A DNA stretch of 64,000 nt, taken from NCBI GenBank assembly GCA_020348985.1, contig CP070761.1, positions 1,011,713-1,075,712 on the forward strand. The letters run 5' to 3'. The position numbers were made by a program, and so were the translations under genes. Origin of the DNA: Candidatus Thorarchaeota archaeon. GTDB lineage: Archaea > Asgardarchaeota > Thorarchaeia > Thorarchaeales > Thorarchaeaceae. Shown here piece by piece: positions 18,535-28,701 of the stretch (positions are counted from its first letter, which is position 1; the number at the start of each line of letters is the position of its first letter). The notes under the pieces are model-generated. The model worked only from the letters and a program-made list of their open reading frames with translations. It searched no databases and was not told the DNA's origin.

Positions 18535-19131
18535 TTAGTATATTTGTCGGCTATAGTGAACGAAACGATAGGCAGCCGTGAGCACACCTACGAATGTCAC
18601 TATCACGAGGCCCAGCAGCAACATACTTGCAAGTGACATTATCACGAGAATCAGAAGTCTCTCAGAACGACCGCCCAGACCGATGTCCAAATCATTTGCA
18701 CCAAGAGTCTCCGCGCGTGATCGGGAATAGCTAGTCATTATCCAGCCAAACATGCAAACAATAACCCAGAGATTCACAGAGAGACTGAAGACTGAAGCAG
18801 CAGGATACGCGATGATGATTGCCATCAGGATGACAAACTCGGATACTTTGTCAGTAATCGAATCGGCAAAAGCTCCTTGTTGAGAGCTCATCTCCCGAAT
18901 CCTAGCGACTGCTCCATCGACTCCATCGAAGAATCCAACCAGAAACACGAGAATTCCGTACAGCGGCTCAGAGTGTGTCACGACAAGAGCTAGAAATGCT
19001 GAAAGTGAAAGGAGGATTGAGAAGTAGGTGATTGTTATGGGTCGAACTCCAGCCGACGAAAGAGCTCGTGCCACTACAAGTATAGGCCCCTTGAACACTC
19101 TTCTAGCTCGAAGTTTACTTGGCAGTTTCAT
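18535..19131 (-). CDS. CDP-alcohol phosphatidyltransferase (archaetidylinositol-phosphate synthase-like)
   Basis: DGVDGAVAR-x8-GAFADSITDK, SYSRSRAE, GGRSER. Confidence 0.9.
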   Translation of the reverse strand: MKLPSKLRARRVFKGPILVVARALSSAGVRPITITYFSILLSLSAFLALVVTHSEPLYGILVFLVGFFDGVDGAVARIREMSSQQGAFADSITDKVSEFVILMAIIIAYPAASVFSLSVNLWVIVCMFGWIMTSYSRSRAETLGANDLDIGLGGRSERLLILVIMSLASMLLLGLVIVTFVGVLTAAYRFVHYSRQIY

Positions 19132-20158
19132 TGGCCCCCTTTTCCAGTATTGCTTCTCCACATACTATTGCCTCAAGGAGGATATTACCTTCTGGTAGTT
19201 GCGCCCCTCCAAAGAGCATGCAGTCTCTTATATCGCAGTGGTCTCCTAAGACTGTGTCCGTTCCTATACTCGCACTCGGACCAATGTGGCACTCTCTGCC
19301 AATCCTCACATTTCTTGCAATAAAAACAGGACCAACAATCTGAGTGCCGGCGCCGATTGTGGGACCAGATTCTGACTCCAACAGGTTTCCAATCTCAAGA
19401 GTATCTCGGGGGTGGAGATAGAGCCCACCTGAAACATCCCCCGGCATTGCTTCCAGCAGCTCTCGGTTCGCCTCAATGTAAGCATCCAAGTCATCAAGGT
19501 CTCGCCAGCTTCCTTTTTCCACTTGAATCATGCCTGCCGTTGCGCCAGATTCAAGGGCAAGATTCACGGCATCTGTCACTTTTGCTGCGTTCACTTCTAG
19601 TGCTTTGGTGCAATACTGCCGGAATGTCCAGTCAACAGCCATCATCATAGCTGAACGAACCACATTCGTCGCTACCTCGGAAGGGGCTCCAATTCGGATC
19701 AATCGTCCTTCATCTGTTACCTGAACACGGGTTCCCTTGTCCACAATCGAGTCAACCGACAATGTGAGCAAGTGAGCCCCCTCTGCGGAAAGATGAGCAT
19801 CAATTAGTCGTCCAACATTCTCTGGACTCACAATCATGTCGGCGGGACATACAATGAACGGGTTTTTGTCCAGTGAGCTCGATGATGAAACCAGTGTTTG
19901 TAGGGGCCCACGTTTCCATTCAGGTACTTCGATCACCTGTACTTGACCGCTTCCAATTGCGGTTTTCAGATGATTTTCAATCACATTACCCAGCCACCCG
20001 ATTCCCACAGTAATGCTCTGGACTCCTCCTTCATTAAGAGACTGAATCAGTCTTTCAAGAGTCGACATTCCAGCGCAAGAAATGAGGGACTTTGGAACCA
20101 GACGAGTGATTGGGTCCACACGCATACCCCTTCCAGCGGCGAGGATGACTGCGTGTAT
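19115..20158 (-). CDS. Sugar-phosphate nucleotidyltransferase with C-terminal left-handed beta-helix
   Basis: HAVILAAGRGMR...PK motif (upstream of the first ATG, needs the ATA at 20158); hexapeptide repeats IGAG/IARN/IGPS. Confidence 0.8.
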   Translation of the reverse strand: MHAVILAAGRGMRVDPITRLVPKSLISCAGMSTLERLIQSLNEGGVQSITVGIGWLGNVIENHLKTAIGSGQVQVIEVPEWKRGPLQTLVSSSSSLDKNPFIVCPADMIVSPENVGRLIDAHLSAEGAHLLTLSVDSIVDKGTRVQVTDEGRLIRIGAPSEVATNVVRSAMMMAVDWTFRQYCTKALEVNAAKVTDAVNLALESGATAGMIQVEKGSWRDLDDLDAYIEANRELLEAMPGDVSGGLYLHPRDTLEIGNLLESESGPTIGAGTQIVGPVFIARNVRIGRECHIGPSASIGTDTVLGDHCDIRDCMLFGGAQLPEGNILLEAIVCGEAILEKGANETAK

Positions 20159-20243
20159 AGTTATTCCTCCTTCCTGTTAGGTTACTGTAAACATCATAAC
20201 CTCAATATGTGGGTTTTGCAGTATACTTGTTTGTGAAAAACGG

Positions 20244-20939
20244 TTGAATGTCAGGACATTGAAGGTGGAGGAAGATCGTTTTAGCGACATTGTCAAAGAT
20301 GCAACCCGTGTGTTGCAGGAGGGAGGCCTCGTAGTCTATCCAACTGATACAAGCTACGGACTTGCATGTGATCCTCGATTGCCAGATGCTTTGGAACGCC
20401 TGATTCAAGCAAAGAAAAGGGACAAGAAACATGGAGTGCCTCTTCTCTTCGCAGATTTTGACCAATGCAAGACATTCCATGACTTTCTTGGTCTTGAAAG
20501 CGTACTGGCCCGACTATTCTGGCCTGGTGGCATGACATTGCTAGTCACGGCCAAAAGAGACGTGCCTGATGAGATTACGGGAGGCAGAGACTCGGTAGCA
20601 ATAAGGGTACCTGATCATGAGATTCCAAGAAGTATTGCACGCGAGTTGGGGGCCCCGATCGTTGGTACCAGCGCCAATGTTCACCATGCCCCTACTCCCT
20701 TTGACATCGATACAGCCAAACAGCAGCTCGGCGACAGCGTAGAGCTCTACATCGATGGCGGCCCTTCATCGGCCACAAAAAGCTCGACCATTATTAGCGT
20801 GATCATGGAACAAGACCGAGGACACATCAAGGTCTATCGAGAAGGTCAGCTGAGTCTTGAAGAGTTGGAGTCGAGTTTGAAAGTTGATTCGGACGCTATC
20901 CGACTTTGGACTACAACGTTTCTACAGGCCGACATGTGA
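20244..20939 (+). CDS. tsaC: Threonylcarbamoyl-AMP synthase (TsaC/Sua5 YrdC domain)
   Basis: VVYPTDTSYGL, K.R, FWPG, VAIRVP, TSAN, SSTII. Confidence 0.92.
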   Translation: MNVRTLKVEEDRFSDIVKDATRVLQEGGLVVYPTDTSYGLACDPRLPDALERLIQAKKRDKKHGVPLLFADFDQCKTFHDFLGLESVLARLFWPGGMTLLVTAKRDVPDEITGGRDSVAIRVPDHEIPRSIARELGAPIVGTSANVHHAPTPFDIDTAKQQLGDSVELYIDGGPSSATKSSTIISVIMEQDRGHIKVYREGQLSLEELESSLKVDSDAIRLWTTTFLQADM

Positions 20940-21481
20940 GGCGAAGTCAGCTGCAGGAATTCAATCTCCTCGTCGGTTGTCCCAGAGACCGTGAACAGGC
21001 AGCACGTTCGGAGGTTCAGTACTTCATCGGTGATCTCCTAGAGGATGATGGCCTCAAAGTCTACAGTACAAGGATTTCTGGACTAATTACGTGCATGACA
21101 ACTCTGGATCCATTCGATGTCGTGAAACGCCTGAGGGAGTATGCTGATGAGAACCCCTATCAGTTTAGATTCGCCATACGATTCACTCCTCTGGAACTTT
21201 GCGTTGAATCAAGTCTGGAACAGATAACTCAGGCTGCAGCCAGATTGTTGCCAAAGATAGACAAAGACAGCACATTTCGAGTAACTGTGAGACGAAGACA
21301 CACAACGCTCGAAAACATGGAGATCGTTGAGGCCGTAGCTGAGAAGATCCCTCGTAAGGTCAATCTTGAAAATCCTGACAAGACCGTGTGGATCGAGGTT
21401 GTGGGCGAACTCACTGGTATTTCGGTGCTCGTGGAAGACGATATCCTATCAGTGATGACGTTGCGTGATGACATGTACTAG
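20936..21481 (+). CDS. THUMP domain RNA-binding protein
   Basis: TFRVTVRRR, KVNLENPDK.VWIEV; GTGA overlap with tsaC. Confidence 0.85.
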   Translation: MRRSQLQEFNLLVGCPRDREQAARSEVQYFIGDLLEDDGLKVYSTRISGLITCMTTLDPFDVVKRLREYADENPYQFRFAIRFTPLELCVESSLEQITQAAARLLPKIDKDSTFRVTVRRRHTTLENMEIVEAVAEKIPRKVNLENPDKTVWIEVVGELTGISVLVEDDILSVMTLRDDMY

Positions 21482-21489
21482 TCAGTGTT

Positions 21490-22089
21490 CTACGATTCGA
21501 ACGCAACAAGTGAGACTCTACTTGCTACGCATCTGGTTAGTGCAGACATCTTCTCTTCAAGTTTGGCGGAGCTGGTCAAAGCCTCGATCTCATTAATCTT
21601 AATATCAAAGTGGGTCATGACCTTTTGAAGGCGTTCGGCGCTTGCTTCGAACATTGGATCGGCTTCAGTTCCAATAGCTTCTATCAGATTCTTTAGACAG
21701 CTCTCGATGTCTGACTGGTCTTTGCCTATCACAGCAATTGCAACGGACTCCATACCATCACGTACTCCCATCTCTTCTAATGCCCGTCCAATCTGTCTCT
21801 GTGCGGAGGAATAGACCAAGAACTCCATGCTTAGGCTCCTTGTCTTGCCATATCCTCCCTGCCATGCATTTACAGCGTTCTGGGCAGCTGAGAGAACGTG
21901 CCCCGCGCCAGAAGTAACATCGGCTCTGAAGAACTGAAGGGCCAGAAAGTCATCCACGGAGTCACTTGCCAAAGAAAGAAGCTGATCTTTGGTTAGTCCT
22001 TTGGAGTTTACAGCCTCTGTGAGACCTAGTGTGATTTCGTCATCTCCAATCGAGAGCTTCTCAACTAGCATCTCAGCACCCTCGCCCAT
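21490..22089 (-). CDS. cgi121: KEOPS subunit Cgi121
   Basis: HV.SAA.NA, RSLSMEFLVYSSAQRQI.RAL..MG. Confidence 0.85.
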   Translation of the reverse strand: MGEGAEMLVEKLSIGDDEITLGLTEAVNSKGLTKDQLLSLASDSVDDFLALQFFRADVTSGAGHVLSAAQNAVNAWQGGYGKTRSLSMEFLVYSSAQRQIGRALEEMGVRDGMESVAIAVIGKDQSDIESCLKNLIEAIGTEADPMFEASAERLQKVMTHFDIKINEIEALTSSAKLEEKMSALTRCVASRVSLVAFES

Positions 22090-22098
22090 TCTGGTCTC

Positions 22099-22680
22099 CT
22101 ATAGTCGCTTGATGAAGTAGTCTGCGACGGGAGGCTCAAATCCAACCTCGAAGACAAGCTTGTTACGAATCTTCTTCATTTCAAGCGTATCGTCCTCTTC
22201 TTTGAAATGTTTCACAAGTGAGATGATCGATTCTCGGTGCTCCCATGGATATACCATCCACTTGTCAACAATCTGCATATAGTAGTCCGGCTCAATCTTC
22301 GAAGTGGGTTTGAGATGAAGCACAGCAGTTCGGACCTCTTCTGCACCCAGGTCTTCAACATACCCCTTGGCGTGCGTAAGGCTATCGCCAGTGTCAGCGA
22401 CTTCGTCAACCAGCAGTATCCGTCTTTGCCCAATTGGAACTGACAATGGTTGTGTGACCTTGGGTTCAGGGCCCCTCCGTCCAATGTCGCTATAGTATTC
22501 AATTCGAATGTTGAACATCGCATCTGTATAGAGCACATCAGACAATATCCTTGCAGGGATCCACCCACCACGGGCTATTCCAACTATTATGTGTGGTCTA
22601 TAGCCACTGCCCACAATCCTTTCTGATAGCTGAAGCGTAAGGTTGTAGACATCATCCCAGGAGAGTATTTCGTATTCCAT
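22099..22680 (-). CDS. Purine phosphoribosyltransferase (type I PRTase)
   Basis: IVGIARGG, LLVDEVADTGDS, WMVYPWE; start MEYEILSW at 22680. Confidence 0.9.
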   Translation of the reverse strand: MEYEILSWDDVYNLTLQLSERIVGSGYRPHIIVGIARGGWIPARILSDVLYTDAMFNIRIEYYSDIGRRGPEPKVTQPLSVPIGQRRILLVDEVADTGDSLTHAKGYVEDLGAEEVRTAVLHLKPTSKIEPDYYMQIVDKWMVYPWEHRESIISLVKHFKEEDDTLEMKKIRNKLVFEVGFEPPVADYFIKRL

Positions 22681-22800
22681 CTTCAATCTACCACTCAGGT
22701 AGTACCCTAAGTCATTCGATAGGTCCAACCTAATTAAGGCAATTGGCAGTGAATAAAGCCACAACGTAAATGAGGGGCCTCTTTCCATCGTCCGGTCTGT

Positions 22801-24069
22801 GTGAGTCCCATGAAGCCCGACCTCCTGATTTCCAGCATTGGCCAGCTGGCTACACTTGCTGGCCACAGCAAGCGTCCTAAGTCTGGCGCCGAGATGATGG
22901 AACTATCGATTATTGAAGATGGCGCCATTGCTATAAAAGATGGGAGAATATCTGCGGTTGGGAAGACATCTGATATTATGTCGGTGGTTGATGATGAGGC
23001 TACTCCCACAATGCAATTCCCTGATCAGCTTGTACTACCGGGGTTTGTAGATAGCCACACACATCTTGTCTTTGGGGGATCACGCGAACAGGACTTTCCT
23101 ATGAAGCTAGCTGGGAAGAGCTATATGGAAATCCTCCAAGCAGGAGGGGGAATTCTCAGCACGCTTCGTCACACCAGAGAAGCAACACAATCTGAACTGA
23201 CAGCGTCTGCATTAGTATATGCCACACGAATGATGCACAGCTCAGCGACTACAATCGAGGCCAAAAGTGGTTATGGACTTGACCTTGAGAACGAGGTCAA
23301 GATGATGGATGCTCTCAATGACCTACGACATAAGGTCGACATTGATCTGGTTAGCACATTCATGGGAGCTCATGCGGTACCTCCAGAGTATGAAGGGAAG
23401 ACTCAGGATTATGTGGACCTTGTTGTTGGCGAAATGATTCCTGTTGTCGCGGAGAGAGAACTAGCCGAGTTCTGTGATGTTTTCTGTGAAGAGGGAGTCT
23501 TTGATGTAGAACAATCCAGAGAAATCCTGATGGCCGCCAAGAAGGTGGGCTTGTTTCCGAAGGTCCATGCAGATGAGATTGTTCAGCTTGGAGGGGCTGA
23601 GCTTGCCGCAGAGACTGGCGCAGTCTCTGCTGACCATCTCCTCAAGTCATCGGAAGACGGACTTGAGCAGATGATGAAAGCTGGAACAGTAGCTACTCTA
23701 CTTCCTGCAACTGCTTTTAGTCTAGGCACAGATTATGCGGATGCTCGCCGCATGATAGATATGGGACTACCTGTGGCATTGGCGACGGACTTCAATCCCA
23801 ACTGTGCCAACGAGTCATTGTTCTTCACAATCGCTCTTGCGTGCTACAGAATGAAAATGAACCCCAGAGAAGCCATCTCCGCGATTACGATAAACGGGGC
23901 ACATGCCCTAGGCAGAGGGCAGGAAACTGGCAGCATCGAGGTTGGTAAGAGGGCCGATGTTGTTATTCTTGATTGTCCGAACCCAGACTTTCTGGCTTGG
24001 AGATTCGGTGCGAATCTGACAAATACTGTTGTTGTAAATGGAAAGGTAATCTACACGAAACTGGACTGA
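22801..24069 (+). CDS. hutI: Imidazolonepropionase
   Basis: PGFVDSHTH, EAKSGYGL, CDVFCE, HADE, SADHL, ATDFNP. Confidence 0.95.
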   Translation: MSPMKPDLLISSIGQLATLAGHSKRPKSGAEMMELSIIEDGAIAIKDGRISAVGKTSDIMSVVDDEATPTMQFPDQLVLPGFVDSHTHLVFGGSREQDFPMKLAGKSYMEILQAGGGILSTLRHTREATQSELTASALVYATRMMHSSATTIEAKSGYGLDLENEVKMMDALNDLRHKVDIDLVSTFMGAHAVPPEYEGKTQDYVDLVVGEMIPVVAERELAEFCDVFCEEGVFDVEQSREILMAAKKVGLFPKVHADEIVQLGGAELAAETGAVSADHLLKSSEDGLEQMMKAGTVATLLPATAFSLGTDYADARRMIDMGLPVALATDFNPNCANESLFFTIALACYRMKMNPREAISAITINGAHALGRGQETGSIEVGKRADVVILDCPNPDFLAWRFGANLTNTVVVNGKVIYTKLD

Positions 24070-24084
24070 GAGGTTCGCCTGACA

Positions 24085-24516
24085 CTACTTCGAATCCGAG
24101 ATTGCGGCCTGGAACTCCCTGATCCAGGGAGCTTCGTCACCTGCAGACTTGACATAGTCAGCGAATCTCGTGAGTTTCTCTATTGTCTCTGGATGAGCAA
24201 TGTGCTCGATCTCGCACGCATCGGCTTCAGCGATTTGACTGTCAATTCCAATCAGTCGAAAGAACCACCTCAGGGTCTCATGCGCCTTTTCCAGCTTCTC
24301 CGCCAGTTTCAGCCCTTTCCGTGAGAGAACGACGCTCTTGTAAGGCTCGTAATGCACGAAACCGGCCTCACTGAGCTTCTGAAGTACATATGTTACACTG
24401 GGTGATCTAACACCACGAATCTTCGCAATGTCTGTGACACTAGCGGACCCAGACTGCATCTGGAGCTCATAGATTGTTTCCAAATACGGTTCCAAAGACT
24501 TGGAGAGGCCTGTCAA
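24085..24516 (-). CDS. DtxR/MntR-family metal-dependent regulator
   Basis: YLETIY, DIA...V.SPSVT, DACEIEH. Confidence 0.9.
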   Translation of the reverse strand: MTGLSKSLEPYLETIYELQMQSGSASVTDIAKIRGVRSPSVTYVLQKLSEAGFVHYEPYKSVVLSRKGLKLAEKLEKAHETLRWFFRLIGIDSQIAEADACEIEHIAHPETIEKLTRFADYVKSAGDEAPWIREFQAAISDSK

Positions 24517-24543
24517 TTATCGAATACATCCTCAAAGCTCTTT

Positions 24544-24559
24544 GTTAGATGATTCTAAC
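24544..24559. promoter_or_regulatory. Palindrome GTTAGA-N4-TCTAAC, candidate autoregulatory site of the DtxR-family regulator
   Basis: Inverted repeat about 28 nt upstream of the start. Confidence 0.5.
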
Positions 24560-24637
24560 TATATTGGCTGTACCTATTTCAGCGGACATAAGTGTTCATA
24601 ATCGTGAATAGCGGCATGCTCCTGGCTGCAGTACAGG

Positions 24638-26194
24638 CTATTCTTCGAGCAAGAACCCAGTGATCTCTTCTGCTGCAGAAACGATAGACCTAGACCGCAT
24701 CAAATCTCGTATTCCTGAAATGTCCTTATACAGAGCTCGGTCATCCTTGAGCGTTTTGACTTGCCCCCGTATAGCAGCAAGTGCCCTCTGAAGCGGATCA
24801 GATGTCGTGAGTGGTGCAAGAAGTTCAAGTCCCTGAGCAGCGCAAAGATACTCGATGGCAACTACGTTGGTTGAGTTCTCTAGGATTTTGCGTGCTTTCC
24901 TTGCGGCGATTGTCCCCATGCTCACATGGTCTTCTTGGTCTGCACTTGTTGGAATGGAGTCAACGCTTGCGGGATGGGCTAGAATCTTATTCTCCGATAC
25001 AAGTGCTGCCGCAGTATACTGTGCAATCATCATACCGGATTCAAGTCCGCCCTTTGTTGTAAGAAAGGCTGGAAGTTCGCTAAGATTTGGATTTACCAAT
25101 CTGTTAATCCTTCGTTCGGCGATGCTGGCGATTTCAGACAATGCAATGCCAAGAAAGTCCATAGCAAGTGCTACTGGCTGTCCATGGAAATTGCCTCCTG
25201 AGACCACGGATCCATCTTCAGCAAAGACCAAGGGATTGTCAGTAGCCGAATTGATCTCAGTCTCTAGAATGCTTCTTACGTATCGGATTGTGTCTAGAGA
25301 CGCCCCTAGTACCTGAGGAATGCAACGTAGGGAGTATGCGTCCTGAACTTTGCCACAGTCAACATGTGACCGGTTGATCTCGCTATCACCAAGGAGCAAT
25401 CTCAATATCCGTGCAATATCACTCTGCCCCTCATGAGGTCGTACTGAGTGAATCCTCTCATCGAGAGCAGCTCGTGTGCCACGTAGGGCCTCGAGACTCA
25501 TCGACGCGGCAATAGATGCATCACGAACAAGATTCATGGCGTCATGGGAAACTAATGCACCAATTGCGCTCATGCATTGAGTGCCGTTGATAAGAGCGAC
25601 CCCCTCTTTCGCCTGGAGTCTCAGGGGCTTTAGCTTGGCCTTCTTCAGCGCTTCCTGTCCAGAGACAATCTTGTCTCCAATGAATGCTTCACCTTCTCCC
25701 ATGACAACTAATGCCATGTGGGCTAGGGGAGCAAGGTCACCGCTCGAACCTACTGATCCTTGTTCCGGTACAGCGGGGGTGACATTCGCGTTAAGCATTC
25801 CAAGGAGTGACTCAATGACCTCTTTCCTCACTGCCGAGTAGCCTTTGGCGAGGGCGTTCGCCCTAAGAAGCATCATTGCTCTAACTATCTCTGGGTGCAA
25901 AAGACCACCCACTCCAACACTATGACTCCGTATTAGATTGACTTGGAGCTGTTCAATATCTGCAGGTTCGATGCAGACTTGCGAAAGATCACCAAATCCC
26001 GTGTTGACACCATAGACAGATTCTCCTGCCTGCAGAACTCTCTCTATGACTTCGCGGGAGGCCTCAATTCCGGTCTTGGCAGATTCGGCGAGGACTGCTT
26101 CTCTTTGCTGTCTGGAAACAAGCACGATGTCCTCGACCGTTAGATTTTCTCCATCAATCTGAATTGGCATATCTGTCACAACCTGCATCAACAC
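24638..26194 (-). CDS. hutH: Histidine ammonia-lyase
   Basis: VYGVNTGFG, GSVGSSGDLAPLAH (MIO site, SSG variant), VQDAYSLRC, GGNFHG, QEDHVSMG. Confidence 0.95.
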   Translation of the reverse strand: MLMQVVTDMPIQIDGENLTVEDIVLVSRQQREAVLAESAKTGIEASREVIERVLQAGESVYGVNTGFGDLSQVCIEPADIEQLQVNLIRSHSVGVGGLLHPEIVRAMMLLRANALAKGYSAVRKEVIESLLGMLNANVTPAVPEQGSVGSSGDLAPLAHMALVVMGEGEAFIGDKIVSGQEALKKAKLKPLRLQAKEGVALINGTQCMSAIGALVSHDAMNLVRDASIAASMSLEALRGTRAALDERIHSVRPHEGQSDIARILRLLLGDSEINRSHVDCGKVQDAYSLRCIPQVLGASLDTIRYVRSILETEINSATDNPLVFAEDGSVVSGGNFHGQPVALAMDFLGIALSEIASIAERRINRLVNPNLSELPAFLTTKGGLESGMMIAQYTAAALVSENKILAHPASVDSIPTSADQEDHVSMGTIAARKARKILENSTNVVAIEYLCAAQGLELLAPLTTSDPLQRALAAIRGQVKTLKDDRALYKDISGIRDLMRSRSIVSAAEEITGFLLEE

Positions 26195-26282
26195 TAGAAC
26201 CAGAACTTAGCCCTTTTGGCAGACAGCACCAAATGTTTTCAAGGTCTTGTCGTTCATCTTAGGCTACTGATCCAAGGTTGAG

Positions 26283-27464
26283 ATAACAACGAGTAGTGTC
26301 ATTATTGTCGGTGCTGGCCTGGGCGGGCTTATGTCAGGTGCGCTTCTTGGACAAAAGGGTTTCAGAGTAAATATCCTTGAGCGGATGAACTTCATCGGCG
26401 GTCGCTTCACCAGCTTCGAAAAAGACGGCGTGCCTATACCCACCGGCGCCGTCCATATGATTCCACACCGAAAGGGACCCATGAAACAGATTCTGGTAGA
26501 CAAACTAAATCTGCCGATAGAGCTGATAGATGCGGGAAGACCTGCAATAGTGAATGAGAAGGGAGAAGGGATTGAGCTCGGAGGACTTGATGCGGCCAAA
26601 TTGTTCCTCAAGTCCCTGATGGGATTCTCTTCTGCGAAGAGAGCAATGGATTCAATCTATGAGTTTTCAATCGGGCTCAAAGGTTCGAGAATTCCACTTC
26701 TAGACCGATTTGCCTTCATGAGGAGAATCGGATCTTATTCTCATCACGTGACTCCAAAAGGTGGAGTGAAGAGTGTCATTGACGCTCTTGCTAGTTCTAT
26801 TAGGGAGAGTGGGGGTAGAATCAGAATCAACCATAATGTCATTTCTGTGAAACCAATAGATGAAGGGGGCTTCGAAGTGACAACTGAAGGTGAGAACTAC
26901 AGATCTGACATTGTCATTGCCAACTGCAGTCCAGCAGTACTGTTTAGGCTGTTGGGTGGCGAGGCCAGACTTCTCGGTTCTTCATTCGAAAGGAAAGTCA
27001 CTGAGTGTGAACCAGTCCCAGGTATCAAGATAGCTGTGGTCTGCAATCACCGGGTATGCCCAAGCTCAATAACATTCACACCGTTTCTTCAGGTGATTTC
27101 CGGATTCTCGGAGCCCACGATTGCTGATCCTGAACTTGCAGGGGAAGGCCGTCATCTAATAATGAGCCATCAAGAAGTGGGACCAGGATCCCTCTACGAT
27201 CAAATCGAACGGGCTATGGAGGATTTCAGAGAGTTCATACCTAACTTCCAAGATAGCTGCAAAGTTGTATCAACTCATGTGTACAGGGATGTCTATCCGG
27301 TCAACCACGCATCACAGGGTCAAGATTTCAGGCCGATTACTAGGATTCAAGGCCTGTACTTGGTGGGTGACGGCGTTAAACCTCGTGGCTACATAATGAC
27401 CGAAGGTGTTGCGAAATCGGCTGAGATAGCCGTCAAAGCAATCTTTGGAGGAAACGGTTCATGA
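26283..27464 (+). CDS. FAD-dependent oxidoreductase (phytoene desaturase/amine oxidase family)
   Basis: VIIVGAGLGGL (upstream of the first ATG), ER...IGGR, TGAVHMIPH, GLYLVGD. Confidence 0.8.
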   Translation: MTTSSVIIVGAGLGGLMSGALLGQKGFRVNILERMNFIGGRFTSFEKDGVPIPTGAVHMIPHRKGPMKQILVDKLNLPIELIDAGRPAIVNEKGEGIELGGLDAAKLFLKSLMGFSSAKRAMDSIYEFSIGLKGSRIPLLDRFAFMRRIGSYSHHVTPKGGVKSVIDALASSIRESGGRIRINHNVISVKPIDEGGFEVTTEGENYRSDIVIANCSPAVLFRLLGGEARLLGSSFERKVTECEPVPGIKIAVVCNHRVCPSSITFTPFLQVISGFSEPTIADPELAGEGRHLIMSHQEVGPGSLYDQIERAMEDFREFIPNFQDSCKVVSTHVYRDVYPVNHASQGQDFRPITRIQGLYLVGDGVKPRGYIMTEGVAKSAEIAVKAIFGGNGS

Positions 27465-27655
27465 AATTGCCAGAGATCGACGCTGAACTATGTGTTGGTT
27501 GCGCACAGTGCTTTCTTGTTTGTCCTGAAGATGCGATGGATGTGCTTGTCGAGGCCAAGCCCAATGAGAGATGCACTGGATGCGGAAGATGTGAGACGGC
27601 ATGTCCAGCACTTGCAATCAAAATGATTGAAACCGGATTCATTGTTTCGGAATAG
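27461..27655 (+). CDS. 2[4Fe-4S] ferredoxin
   Basis: CVGCAQCFLVCP and CTGCGRCETACP; ATGA overlap. Confidence 0.9.
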   Translation: MKLPEIDAELCVGCAQCFLVCPEDAMDVLVEAKPNERCTGCGRCETACPALAIKMIETGFIVSE

Positions 27656-27772
27656 ATGGAAGAGACTGATGATGGCAATATGGTCACACATATGAAGCAG
27701 GGTGTCAACTGACCTCCACACATCGTTTCATCATCGTCATAAGAACTATTGAACTCTGGAGAATCACAGGCA

Positions 27773-28687
27773 ATGGACCGAATTGATAGAGCGATAGTGT
27801 GGCTGCTTGATTCCAACTGCAGAACCACGTACGAAACTATGGCCAAAAAGCTGGGCCTTACGGCTAATGCAGTCAAGAAAAGAATAGACAAAATGATAGA
27901 TTCCGGAATCATATCCCAATTCAGCGTCATGTTCTCTTCGGCTATGATTGACGCAGATATTCTTCTTGCTCTGGTTCATACAGATGGATCGGAGGATGTT
28001 GATGAAATCATACAACAGATTGGATCTAACCCACTTGTTCTCCAAGTTTCGGCTGTGGCCAGCGGCATAGGAGAACTATATCTGATATTTGCTCAATACG
28101 TTGGTACCACTGAGCTGGCTTCACTAGGAACATTCCTTCGGGGAATCGAGTCGGTCAAAGAGGTAAACCTTCACAACATAATCTACCCCCGGGGAAAGAA
28201 GATGGAACTTAAAAAAACACATCTCAAAGTTCTAGATAGTCTTGTTACGGATGCGAGGATGTCTGTCAGAAACATTGCCCGCGAAACGGGAATGACCGCC
28301 AAAAGGGTTCGTAGGATAATAGGAGAATTGGAGAAGAGCGGTGCCTTCCTGTTCACCTTAAGGTGGAATATAAGCGCCGGCGGAAACTCGGCATTTCACC
28401 TCAGAGTGGATGTTGATATGGGTCAAACGACAGCAGAGGAGGTTGCTCAATGGTTGAGAGATAAATATCCGAGAGAACTATGGTATCCTTTCATGTCTGC
28501 TATTGAACCAGTAATTTTCGCGGCCTTTGTTGTAGATGACCTTTATGCAGTGCAACGAATATCATCAGAGGTCAGGAAAGCGTCCTTTGTAAAGGCAACA
28601 GCCATATTACTAAGCTATTCAGATCACAAGTTCCCATGGCCCGCTGAGATGAAGCTCAGAGAACTGTTGTCCAGAGAAAACGGATAA
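27773..28687 (+). CDS. Tandem Lrp/AsnC-type HTH regulator
   Basis: MDRIDRAI..L..NCR.....A..LGLT.NAVKKRI; second HTH DARMSV..IA..TG.TAKRVRR. Confidence 0.85.
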   Translation: MDRIDRAIVWLLDSNCRTTYETMAKKLGLTANAVKKRIDKMIDSGIISQFSVMFSSAMIDADILLALVHTDGSEDVDEIIQQIGSNPLVLQVSAVASGIGELYLIFAQYVGTTELASLGTFLRGIESVKEVNLHNIIYPRGKKMELKKTHLKVLDSLVTDARMSVRNIARETGMTAKRVRRIIGELEKSGAFLFTLRWNISAGGNSAFHLRVDVDMGQTTAEEVAQWLRDKYPRELWYPFMSAIEPVIFAAFVVDDLYAVQRISSEVRKASFVKATAILLSYSDHKFPWPAEMKLRELLSRENG

Positions 28688-28701
28688 GTAGATCCAGAAG
28701 G

